A stretch of 64,000 nucleotides of DNA. It comes from an uncultured virus (IMG/VR IMGVR_UViG_3300032167_000055). Lineage: Duplodnaviria > Heunggongvirae > Uroviricota > Caudoviricetes. Shown here in pieces: positions 47,777 to 56,812 of the stretch. The notes beneath the pieces were generated by a model that was not told where the DNA came from, made no database searches, and was given only the letters and a program-made list of their open reading frames with translations. Position 1 is the first letter of the stretch. Each line of letters opens with the position of its first letter. The DNA lies in the IMG/VR virus record IMGVR_UViG_3300032167_000055. One strand, given 5' to 3'. The translations under genes and the position numbers were made by a program.

Positions 47777-49195
47777 GTGATTAACACAATGGGAAAACGA
47801 AGAGTTCAAGTTGAACGACTCAATTGGGACGCATGTGCTTTCTCAGATATTTCTACAGGAAGAGGGTTTTTTATTACAGACCCACCTGAGGTAGAGATTG
47901 ATGAATCAAGAAAGAAAGCTTTGTATGGTCCTCAATCTCCTCTTTATGGTACCACGTTTTCTGATGAACAAAGTTTTCAGGAACGTTACCGTTGTAAATG
48001 TGGAGAATTTAAAGGTACTATTTTTGAGGATGAAATTTGTCCTAAATGTGGTACTAAAATTGAATTTAGAGATGTAGATCCGAGGATGACAGGATGGATT
48101 CCTCTTGGTAATAAGAAAATCATTGCACCTCATTATTACAGACTACTTCAGCAAGCTATTGGTAGAGAAGAATTTCCCGAGATCATCTTCTTAAAGAAAC
48201 GTGTAGACCGTGATGGTAGACGTGTTGATTTAACGGAAGAAGAAATGAAGGAATTTGATCCTAAGAGCCCATTCTGTGGTATTGGTATCGAAGAGTTTCG
48301 AATGAGGTATGACGAAATCATAGATTTCTATAAGAAAAAGAAGCCCAATAAGGCTAAGACGTTTGATATGCTTAAGAACGAAAGACTTAAGGTATTCACG
48401 TCACATATTCCTGTTTACACTACATTACTTAGACAACAGTCAGTAACTTCAGAAAACTTTTATTTCACAGGTATCGATAAGGATATAAATACCTGTACGA
48501 ATCTTGCAAGAAATTTAAGAGATTCTGAAGAAATCGAAACACCTGTAATTCTTAACAGAATTCAGTCACGTGCCAACAAGATTTGGGAGTTTAACTTTGA
48601 ACTCTTGAATACTAAAGATGGACTGATTCGTGATCAGCTCATTGGTGGATCGTTAAATTTCACAGCACGTAATGTAATCGTACCTGATCCTACTTTACTT
48701 GATAACGAAGTAGATTTGGGTTATAGCTGTTTCTATGTAATGTTTAAATTAAAGATCATTCACTACCTCATGAAGATTCATGATATTTCATTAGCTCAGG
48801 CTAATACTATTTGGGAGCAAGGATATAATTTTGATCCTCGTATTTATGAAATCATGAAACTTATTATTGAAGTGGAGAAACCTTCTGTTGTAATTAACAG
48901 AAATCCGACGCTAAATTATTATTCCATTATTCTTATGAATATCAGAAGAGTAGTACCTGATAGTCAGTGTTATACATTAGCAGTACCTCTATCGATATTG
49001 CCTGGATTAAACGCCGATTTCGACGGGGACATCCTCAATATCATAGGTATAATGGATGAAGCAGTAAAACAAATGTTTCGTAAGTTTGATCCTGTAAAAC
49101 ACATGATTACATCACGTGACTCAGGATTGCTTAACGATTATTTTGCTGTAACAAAAGGACAGAAGATTGACGTATTTAATTTCTGTCATATGTAG
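47777..49195 (+). CDS. RNA polymerase beta' subunit, N-terminal half, catalytic, ~468 aa
   Basis: CKCG...CPKC zinc finger, KDGLIR, NFTARNVIVPDP, NRNPTL, NADFDGD at 49010-49030. Confidence 0.95.
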   Translation: MINTMGKRRVQVERLNWDACAFSDISTGRGFFITDPPEVEIDESRKKALYGPQSPLYGTTFSDEQSFQERYRCKCGEFKGTIFEDEICPKCGTKIEFRDVDPRMTGWIPLGNKKIIAPHYYRLLQQAIGREEFPEIIFLKKRVDRDGRRVDLTEEEMKEFDPKSPFCGIGIEEFRMRYDEIIDFYKKKKPNKAKTFDMLKNERLKVFTSHIPVYTTLLRQQSVTSENFYFTGIDKDINTCTNLARNLRDSEEIETPVILNRIQSRANKIWEFNFELLNTKDGLIRDQLIGGSLNFTARNVIVPDPTLLDNEVDLGYSCFYVMFKLKIIHYLMKIHDISLAQANTIWEQGYNFDPRIYEIMKLIIEVEKPSVVINRNPTLNYYSIILMNIRRVVPDSQCYTLAVPLSILPGLNADFDGDILNIIGIMDEAVKQMFRKFDPVKHMITSRDSGLLNDYFAVTKGQKIDVFNFCHM

Positions 49196-49263
49196 AATTT
49201 GAGAGTGTAGTGAGATTTATTTCTCACTACACTTTTCTTTTTATGAAAGGAAATAAAAATACT

Positions 49264-49899
49264 ATGAAAATCAAATTATGTATGGATTTAGAAACATCTA
49301 TGGAAGATAAAACTATAGGCGTATCTAAGGAAATTTTTGATTTACTTAATACTGAGTATGTAAGTATAATCAGATATCCTTTAGAAAACGTAGATCAATT
49401 CATCACAGGATGTAAACTTATTTGTATTGATGAATTAGATAATGGAATTTGCAAAGTTCCGTCAAGTATAGTAAGTACTATCGGACTGGATGCTTTTGGG
49501 GATGTTATATTATTAAGTCTTGAAGGAAAAGTGATGTTATATGATACGCAAAAATCACCTTTGAGTACTGAAATTGAAAAAGAACGATTAAAAGAATTAG
49601 CTGTAGAATTAAAGGCATTTGCTAATGAAAATATGATGATGACTCGTAAAGAATATTATGAGTCACAAGGATTTTCAGGCAGTAAAATTGATAGACCTGA
49701 CGATCCAGTTGATTCTGATTTTGTAATTCATGTTGCAGAATTAAAGAAAATGGTTGAAGGTTTTATTGACCATTGTAAAAATAATAATACAACGGATACA
49801 CTAAAAGAAATAAGTGATTATTTATATGATTTAGGTCTTGACCCTGAAGAAGTATTAAATGATCCAGATTATATTTTAGAAAGATTTCAAGGAGAATAA
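49264..49899 (+). CDS. Protein with a degenerate RNAP beta'-like double-psi beta-barrel N-terminal domain, 211 aa
   Basis: Ungapped 50-aa alignment to the upstream beta' catalytic region; GLDAFGD at 49483-49503. Confidence 0.6.
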   Translation: MKIKLCMDLETSMEDKTIGVSKEIFDLLNTEYVSIIRYPLENVDQFITGCKLICIDELDNGICKVPSSIVSTIGLDAFGDVILLSLEGKVMLYDTQKSPLSTEIEKERLKELAVELKAFANENMMMTRKEYYESQGFSGSKIDRPDDPVDSDFVIHVAELKKMVEGFIDHCKNNNTTDTLKEISDYLYDLGLDPEEVLNDPDYILERFQGE

Positions 49900-49900
49900 T

Positions 49901-50425
49901 ATGAGAGAATATAAAATAACATGTAATAAATGTGGTAAAGAAATATCAGAAGCACAAATAGCAACTTTTAAATTATGCGGTGATAAATTTAGACCTGCTG
50001 GATGTATGTGGAGAGATAACATAAATAAGAAGTTAGTTGACATTGAATTATGTGAGTCATGCGCAAAAATTGTATATGGAAAGATTTACAATTTGACGAC
50101 AAATTTCGATACTAAAGTTTCATGCCCTAAAGATGATACCATGGATATAAACAAACCTTATGTACATATAGGCTCTAATTATATTTACTCATTACGTAAT
50201 GTCGATGAATTTATTCAAGCAAACTCAATAGGTTTTAAACTTATTAGAGTTAATAACAGGCGTACTGATGGTTTTGATCAACTTGTTTCGATTGAATTTA
50301 GAGTTGGAAATTTTGATGATACTGATTTTGAAGATAGAGTTATTGAAAATCTTCAGGATTTTAAAGATTTATTTATTGATTATTTTCCTGATACACCAAT
50401 TGAATATTTTAAAGGAAAAGAATAG
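49901..50425 (+). CDS. Zinc-ribbon hypothetical protein, 174 aa
   Basis: CNKCGKE...ELCESC. Confidence 0.7.
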   Translation: MREYKITCNKCGKEISEAQIATFKLCGDKFRPAGCMWRDNINKKLVDIELCESCAKIVYGKIYNLTTNFDTKVSCPKDDTMDINKPYVHIGSNYIYSLRNVDEFIQANSIGFKLIRVNNRRTDGFDQLVSIEFRVGNFDDTDFEDRVIENLQDFKDLFIDYFPDTPIEYFKGKE

Positions 50426-50437
50426 GAGGGTTATATA

Positions 50438-50614
50438 ATGACAAATGTAATTATTCAACCTACGATTGATACAGCATTTGGAATTGATGATAAATATGAT
50501 ATTGTAAATGCTGATACTCTTAATGAACTACATATGAGTATTAATCATTCCGATCTTAGTGGTATAATAGAAGTGAATGATTATAAAGTAACAGATGGTG
50601 AAAAGTATTTATAA
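50438..50614 (+). CDS. Small hypothetical protein, 58 aa
   Basis: SD AGGAGG; fills the operon gap. Confidence 0.55.
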   Translation: MTNVIIQPTIDTAFGIDDKYDIVNADTLNELHMSINHSDLSGIIEVNDYKVTDGEKYL

Positions 50615-50616
50615 CA

Positions 50617-50817
50617 ATGGAGGACATAAAAATGGGTGGAATAGATTGGCAGTGTGGAATCGATACATATTCTAGAAATTTAGACTTTAGTGGAGATACA
50701 ATTAGTACGTATGTAGAATGTCCTGAATGTAGTGGTACCGGTAAAGATAATAGAAGTCTTGATGGACCTTGTTGGAAATGTAAAGGACTAGGATCAATTA
50801 GAAAAGAAGATGAATAG
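50617..50817 (+). CDS. DnaJ-type zinc-finger mini-protein, ~61-66 aa
   Basis: CPECSGTG and CWKCKGLG. Confidence 0.7.
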   Translation: MEDIKMGGIDWQCGIDTYSRNLDFSGDTISTYVECPECSGTGKDNRSLDGPCWKCKGLGSIRKEDE

Positions 50818-51079
50818 GAGAAAATATATGGCGAGTAAGATCGATCAAAATAATTCAAATACACAAAGAGATACAAAAATAGTTCTCACTATAGAAGATG
50901 AACTTCGTTGCGGTAAAATAATAACTAAAACAGATATCAGACGAGAAGGAGGTCTGATATCTGTCAATTTTGAATACGACAGAGGATCAGGTATAGGAAC
51001 TGATCCTGAAGATATAAAGAGGGTTTTAGACCTATGCAATGTAAGTTATAAATCTAATGAAACACGATACAAAATATAG
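50810..51079 (+). CDS. Hypothetical protein, ~83 aa
   Basis: GSGIGT motif shared with the next gene. Confidence 0.65.
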   Translation: MNRRKYMASKIDQNNSNTQRDTKIVLTIEDELRCGKIITKTDIRREGGLISVNFEYDRGSGIGTDPEDIKRVLDLCNVSYKSNETRYKI

Positions 51080-51090
51080 GGAGATTAATT

Positions 51091-51465
51091 ATGTTAGATA
51101 TTATATCAGATACTAATCCAAATGAAAAATCTACATCTACAACACTTTTAGTACCAGAAAGTGAAAGTAGCCATGTAGACAACCCTCTTGAACAACATAT
51201 ATTTGCTACAACTACTTCTCAGATGGAATCATCTTATTATGCACCTGCAAGAGAATCCATTGTTGAAGCGCCTCTTAGAATTGTAGTTAAAGGAGATATC
51301 GAAGAAGAACACGAAACTCATGTATTTAAAACAGATGGTACTAGCATGAGATTTATTACAGAAGGTTATGGTATTGGTACTAGTTTCAAAGAAATTAGTT
51401 CATTTCTCGATTTTCTTGAAATACCTTATACACTTGATTCTGTTATACCATTGGAGGATAACTAG
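51091..51465 (+). CDS. Hypothetical protein, 124 aa
   Basis: GYGIGT motif; SD GGGAG. Confidence 0.7.
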   Translation: MLDIISDTNPNEKSTSTTLLVPESESSHVDNPLEQHIFATTTSQMESSYYAPARESIVEAPLRIVVKGDIEEEHETHVFKTDGTSMRFITEGYGIGTSFKEISSFLDFLEIPYTLDSVIPLEDN

Positions 51466-51601
51466 ACATGAAATCCATGAATGAAATATTTCATTTCATA
51501 CTTGATTGTGTTTTGTATATAGTTTATGATGCATTATGCGGTTCTATCATAGGTTTAGCTATAACACCTATTATATTAACTATAAGTGATATTATGAAAG
51601 G

Positions 51602-52429
51602 ATGATATTCATGAATAATTCAAAAATTCAATATAAAAAATTTACTGTAGGTCAGTCAAATAATTATGATAGTAATATCAATATAGTTTTTGATATTCCG
51701 TTACCTTTAAATATAGACAGTAGACTTGATGAGCAAAAGTATTGTGAAAATACTCTAGAATCAATAATGCTTTTATTTAAAGATAATAGTTTTAGTGTAG
51801 TAAATGGAGTTTATCAGGTTAAAAATACTGATTCATTAATTAAAGTTTTAGCACCAACATGTGAAGAACCGTATATGCTTAGAAGACTTTCAGAAAATGA
51901 ATTAAATACATTCTTAAATCAGGCTATTTATCATGAAAGAATTTTGGATAATCATGATTGGTGTATAGACTTCACTCGATATCGTTTTGACCCTAGATAC
52001 TGCGATTCCGAACCTCATTATAAAGTATTACCTAATAAAATCATTCGCATTATTATAGTGGTAGATTATATGTTAATGGATGTACATACAGTCCAACCTG
52101 ATTTTACGGAAATACAAGAATCTATCAAATCTATACTTAGAAAGAAATTTAGAGAGAATCATTCTGATTTCTTTGTCACCAGTCCATTTGGACCAAGATT
52201 TGATAGTATTTTCATGGGTAGAATTAAAGAAATACTTATTGATTATACAAAGATAAATATAGGTATGCTACCCAAGGGTAAATGGGAATGTAAGTATTGT
52301 GAAGGTATGAATGACGATGCTGATAACTCATGCTCCCATTGCGGTGCTGCTAGAACACGTGATTGTATGTCGTGGGAAACAATCATTTCTGATAATGTAA
52401 AAGTTAGAGATCTATCTATAATTGAATAA
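51602..52429 (+). CDS. Hypothetical protein with C-terminal RanBP2-type zinc finger, ~272 aa
   Basis: WECKYCEGMN....NSCSHCGAAR. Confidence 0.7.
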   Translation: MIFMNNSKIQYKKFTVGQSNNYDSNINIVFDIPLPLNIDSRLDEQKYCENTLESIMLLFKDNSFSVVNGVYQVKNTDSLIKVLAPTCEEPYMLRRLSENELNTFLNQAIYHERILDNHDWCIDFTRYRFDPRYCDSEPHYKVLPNKIIRIIIVVDYMLMDVHTVQPDFTEIQESIKSILRKKFRENHSDFFVTSPFGPRFDSIFMGRIKEILIDYTKINIGMLPKGKWECKYCEGMNDDADNSCSHCGAARTRDCMSWETIISDNVKVRDLSIIE

Positions 52430-52637
52430 AGTATTAATCTAAACTACCATTATCTATTTCACATTAACATAATCGTTTTGGAAAGGAAGTGGTAGATTTG
52501 AGTGATAAATCCGATAGCACTAAAATGTCTGCTATCGAAAATATGATGAATCAAATTACTACATCTTTAGTAGAATCAATTCTAATAGGAGATGTATCGA
52601 TTCATGAATTAGAATATGAAATTCGTGAAAAATATAT

Positions 52638-53027
52638 GTGCAAAATAAATATGGAAGGATTAAACTGAATATGGACAGACAAATTTTAGAACAGAAAATG
52701 AAAGAGCCTGCTAAAATTTATAGTAAAGAACAGATATTTGCTATATTACAGCAGTCAATAATTTCTACTATGGGAGATGGAAATCCTATGGGTCATAAAC
52801 AGCTTATTATTACAGCTGAGGAATTATCTGAACTTACTCAGGAAGTTACTAAAGAACTTCGTGGTAAAGGAAATAAATTAGGTTTAACTGAAGAATTAGC
52901 GGATGTTTTAATTTGTACAGAATATCTTAAGATGATATGCTATATATCAGATGAAGATTTGAATAAAATGATAGGAATTAAACTTGAAAGTTTGAACGAA
53001 AGAGTACTTAATGGTACTTATAAATAA
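52638..53027 (+). CDS. MazG-like nucleotide pyrophosphohydrolase, ~118-129 aa
   Basis: EELSEL..EVTK..RG....LTEELADV. Confidence 0.75.
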   Translation: MQNKYGRIKLNMDRQILEQKMKEPAKIYSKEQIFAILQQSIISTMGDGNPMGHKQLIITAEELSELTQEVTKELRGKGNKLGLTEELADVLICTEYLKMICYISDEDLNKMIGIKLESLNERVLNGTYK

Positions 53028-53040
53028 GAAGGAGGTACAA

Positions 53041-53541
53041 ATGAGCGAAGCTTATTATGAAATTAAAGGTGTTGACGGTATACGATATGTAGATCCTAGA
53101 AAAGAAAAATATAAGAATACTAAATGTATGTCTTGTATTCATTTCGATGTATGTGCTCATAAAGAAAGGATGATTGAAGTCACTAAAAACATTAAGGATA
53201 TTCTTGAAGCGAATGCTGATACACTAAAGGGTGTTACAATATTTGAAGCTGAATTTCCTGATGCTTTTATATTATCTCCAATTACTTGCAAGTTTTATGA
53301 AAGTCGCATGTCTTTACAAATAATAAATCAAATACCGAATTATGATATTGATCATGGTATAGTACAAGATGTACCGTGTCCATACCCTAATGGTAATGCA
53401 GGTACATTTCTTCTTAGAGCTGATGGTAGTAAAGAGTTTATGAGTAAAGGATGTTTGGTTGAAACAGAAGTTCATGACAATTCAGCCATATCTAGAAAAG
53501 TTGTAGCTAACTCATGTGAAGGCGGGTATTTAGAAAATTGA
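53041..53541 (+). CDS. Hypothetical protein, 166 aa
   Basis: SD AAGGAGGT; CMSCIHFDVC. Confidence 0.7.
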   Translation: MSEAYYEIKGVDGIRYVDPRKEKYKNTKCMSCIHFDVCAHKERMIEVTKNIKDILEANADTLKGVTIFEAEFPDAFILSPITCKFYESRMSLQIINQIPNYDIDHGIVQDVPCPYPNGNAGTFLLRADGSKEFMSKGCLVETEVHDNSAISRKVVANSCEGGYLEN

Positions 53542-53861
53542 CCGTTTGTAGTATTCACGGTATTAGTTTTGACTTTGGTGAAGTGGATACTGACATTGAT
53601 GTTACCAGTATCCACGATGATCCTTTTAAAATAAACAAGAAACAACTTACACTAGAACTAGGAAGAAGAACTGAAATAATTCGTATAATAGATGGAAAAG
53701 AAATTCCATTTACAAGAGCATGGACAGGAGATAAATGGGTAGATCGTACAAAAATAAAATCAGTGTTTATTCAGGGTAAAGAAGTAGAGAAATTAATTTT
53801 CCCTGAAAATTATAATGAAACTCGTTGTGCTAAAGTTTCATTTTACGAAAAGGAGACATGA
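53538..53861 (+). CDS. Hypothetical protein, 107 aa
   Basis: Coupled TTG start. Confidence 0.6.
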   Translation: MTVCSIHGISFDFGEVDTDIDVTSIHDDPFKINKKQLTLELGRRTEIIRIIDGKEIPFTRAWTGDKWVDRTKIKSVFIQGKEVEKLIFPENYNETRCAKVSFYEKET

Positions 53862-53862
53862 C

Positions 53863-54165
53863 ATGCAAGTTATTATAAATGAAGATGATCAAAGTTATAT
53901 TGATAAAATAAATAATGATGATAGTATTCCACGGTTTGTACATACAGGTGATAATAGATATTATATTGAGTTTACCGTAACAGATGAAGGTAAAGCTAAT
54001 CTCTTATGCCAGTATTTAATGCGACCACATGATTTCGGAAAGGAATTCTGTGAGACTTTTGGAATCCACACAGAATGCATACGTTTTTCACATCCTGATG
54101 GTAAGAAAAGTGAAATAATAGATATGCTCAAAAATTTCATTTATCAACTTGAAAATATAACTTAA
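53863..54165 (+). CDS. Hypothetical protein, 100 aa
   Basis: SD AAGGAG. Confidence 0.65.
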   Translation: MQVIINEDDQSYIDKINNDDSIPRFVHTGDNRYYIEFTVTDEGKANLLCQYLMRPHDFGKEFCETFGIHTECIRFSHPDGKKSEIIDMLKNFIYQLENIT

Positions 54166-54182
54166 TTTAAGAGAGGTAAATT

Positions 54183-54521
54183 ATGTTAGCTATTGAGAAA
54201 ATTATAAATGGAGAAGAATTGGAAATCGAAATAGATTACCAGTCTTTTAATGCTAAATCAGAATCTACAGGTAGAACAGGAACTTTATACGAGTTTACTG
54301 TACTTGCAGTAGAAGAAAAAGAAGAATGCGTCATTCGTGTAATGCATATGGATGATAATGATGAAATTATTTTTAGTGGAGTTGAAGCAATGATCGTTTC
54401 GGCTAATGACCCTGATGCACTCCCTTCAGTAGCAAGTGTAATTCCATTGATTGAAATGGAAGAGGAAGATTTCAAAAAAGAAATTTGTGAATACGCAAGA
54501 TCTATCATAAATTCTTTATGA
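54183..54521 (+). CDS. Acidic hypothetical protein, 112 aa
   Basis: SD GAGGT. Confidence 0.7.
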   Translation: MLAIEKIINGEELEIEIDYQSFNAKSESTGRTGTLYEFTVLAVEEKEECVIRVMHMDDNDEIIFSGVEAMIVSANDPDALPSVASVIPLIEMEEEDFKKEICEYARSIINSL

Positions 54522-54588
54522 AAATGATAGAAATTATAAAGATATATTATTTTAATATATGTAGAATAAATACAAGGAGGATACTACA

Positions 54589-55410
54589 ATGGCTGAAAAG
54601 AAGTCAACAAGATCAAAGAAATCAACTTATGTAGCACCTGAAGAGGAAAAGGTTGTAAAAGACAAAGCTACAGAACCTACTGAAAAGGTGGAAGAAGCAC
54701 CCGAACCTGCAGAGTTGTCAGTTTCCGATTACTTCAACTATGTAAAAGGAATGAAAGAAGAAACTGATTCTGAAGAAGTAAAACGAACTGCAGATGTTTG
54801 TATGAGTCTGCTTAAGAAGTTTGAAATCCTTGGTCAGAAGGAAGCTGCAAAGAAAGCAAAGAATGCTTTCGATGTATTGAAACGGGACCTTGAACTCTAC
54901 GAGAAAGGAATTAAGCAGTACGTTCATATTGATAATGTTACCAAGTATCTTAAAGAGATTTCTGGTCATTCCGTAAAGCTTATCGAGCTTGAGAATTTCC
55001 CTAGAGAAATTCCAGATGATGTAATGGATAAATGGTTGGCAGTACGAGAATGTTTTGATGGTGCCTACGTAGTTTTCACAGATTACACTGAGAAGACTGA
55101 AGAGAAGAATACAGCCGCTGCTGCATCTGGAAAAACATCGACTGCTGCAGCAGTCGAGAAGAAGAGAAAAGAGAAAGATCCTATTCTCTTCGGTATTCTT
55201 AAAGTTGACAAATCTGTTTCATCTCTTAAGAATAATACTTATGAAAAGATGTATTTTGTCGCTGATTGGGTCGATGATTACTGCGACCTGACATTTGACA
55301 AGATGATCGAAGCTATGGCAGAAAAACTCAAAATGGATAAGTCTGAAGTTGTTAAGGAAATTAAGCCGGTTACAACCAAGGAAGAATTTAAGAAAGAGGC
55401 AGGTATTTAA
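54589..55410 (+). CDS. Hypothetical early protein, 273 aa
   Basis: Early promoter at 54543-54550; KDPILFG...YFVADW.DDYCDLT motif; high codon bias. Confidence 0.8.
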   Translation: MAEKKSTRSKKSTYVAPEEEKVVKDKATEPTEKVEEAPEPAELSVSDYFNYVKGMKEETDSEEVKRTADVCMSLLKKFEILGQKEAAKKAKNAFDVLKRDLELYEKGIKQYVHIDNVTKYLKEISGHSVKLIELENFPREIPDDVMDKWLAVRECFDGAYVVFTDYTEKTEEKNTAAAASGKTSTAAAVEKKRKEKDPILFGILKVDKSVSSLKNNTYEKMYFVADWVDDYCDLTFDKMIEAMAEKLKMDKSEVVKEIKPVTTKEEFKKEAGI

Positions 55411-55412
55411 TT

Positions 55413-56276
55413 ATGTTTGGATTAGGTGAGATTCAGAGCTTCCTGCCTGGAGATATCGATCTCACTGATGACGAAGTATTTCGTGATACAAGACGATTCG
55501 TTCATGATAGAGGGAAGGAATTGAAAAATAATCCACCTTGGGACTCAGGTAATTCTTCTGGAATTTACCTGAGTTCGTCGTCTTCACGAATAAATACATG
55601 GATATCTAATATAGCATTCAATGATGCAGATATATTAATAGATGATTCTTTATTTGATGAACTTATTGAGGTTCATTCTGATGAAGAACTTGCAAGTACA
55701 TCTAGTTCGTTTCGTACTGTAAATACATGGATAGATACTACATCCACATCACTTACTACCGGAACTATATCGTTTTCTGGTAATACAGGAATAACGTATA
55801 GAGTAAATGGTTCAACTGCATCTATACGCAGAATCAAATATTCGAATTATGATGTTGATGACGAATGCGTAGTACAGGAATCTGATGAGTATAAAAACTT
55901 CGTTGAATTTTATAAAGAAGTCCCATTTTCACCAGTATTTAAAGGTGAAAAGTTTTCAGTGAGTGTAAATCGATCTTATCGTAAACTTATGAATTTGAAA
56001 GGTTCATTGTTTGGAGATTGTAAAATTGAATCCGTGAATATTTCTGATTTAAAGTTTGAGTATGGTGACATTTATGAAGTTACTATATATCACGCATCAA
56101 TATCCAGTGATGGATGGCTAACTGAAAATCGTAAACGGAAACGAGATGTTACTATTCCGTTTGGAAAATATGATTGGGGTGATGATAAAGAATATTATGA
56201 TGATCTTAAAGAAGCATTACCTTGGTTAGATCGAAGAGCAAACTTTGTTCTTACAAGAGCATTCGAGTTTGCTTAG
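55413..56276 (+). CDS. Hypothetical protein, 287 aa
   Basis: Long ORF in the operon. Confidence 0.75.
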   Translation: MFGLGEIQSFLPGDIDLTDDEVFRDTRRFVHDRGKELKNNPPWDSGNSSGIYLSSSSSRINTWISNIAFNDADILIDDSLFDELIEVHSDEELASTSSSFRTVNTWIDTTSTSLTTGTISFSGNTGITYRVNGSTASIRRIKYSNYDVDDECVVQESDEYKNFVEFYKEVPFSPVFKGEKFSVSVNRSYRKLMNLKGSLFGDCKIESVNISDLKFEYGDIYEVTIYHASISSDGWLTENRKRKRDVTIPFGKYDWGDDKEYYDDLKEALPWLDRRANFVLTRAFEFA

Positions 56277-56286
56277 AAAGGAAAAT

Positions 56287-56799
56287 ATGAAAAACAAAAA
56301 TAAGGTTTTAAACAGAGTGACAAAGTCGCTTCGCAAATCTCAGGCATGTACGCTGGCAGTTGAAGAAATCTCGGAGTTAATTACTGAGATCTCTTTAGTA
56401 CTTGCAGGCGAAGGTAATTACGATGATTTATGTGAAGAGGTTGCAGATGTAAACATTATGACTGGTTTGATAATGAATACTTTCAAAATCAAATCGTCTG
56501 ATATTAAGAAAGCTAAGAAATTAGCTAGACCGGCTTTTACCAATTACATGAAAAATCATGATAAGGAATTTAACTTGAAATCTTGTGTTTACGAGTTAGC
56601 TAAGTTCCAGAAAGTTATATGCAAAAAGGTAAGAGGTCGTCATAACAAAAAAGATATTATCGACTCAATTGTGGCGGTCGAGTTATCTATAGAGTTTCTT
56701 GCGTCCAAAAACTTCATTAAGGATAAAGATTGCAAGAACTGGGAAAAGAAGAAAATTGAAAGAATGCAGAAGCGCATTCGCAAAAATCAAATCGTTTAA
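56287..56799 (+). CDS. Tandem MazG-like protein, second repeat degenerate, 170 aa
   Basis: EEISEL...LCEEVADV, then YELAKF.K.I.KKVRG....IIDSIVAV. Confidence 0.65.
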   Translation: MKNKNKVLNRVTKSLRKSQACTLAVEEISELITEISLVLAGEGNYDDLCEEVADVNIMTGLIMNTFKIKSSDIKKAKKLARPAFTNYMKNHDKEFNLKSCVYELAKFQKVICKKVRGRHNKKDIIDSIVAVELSIEFLASKNFIKDKDCKNWEKKKIERMQKRIRKNQIV

Positions 56800-56812
56800 G
56801 GAGAATAACAAA

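Noticed and set aside
55543..55574. Strong hairpin inside CDS 55413-56276
   Set aside because: No T tract or other support; the frame is intact, so no function can be assigned.
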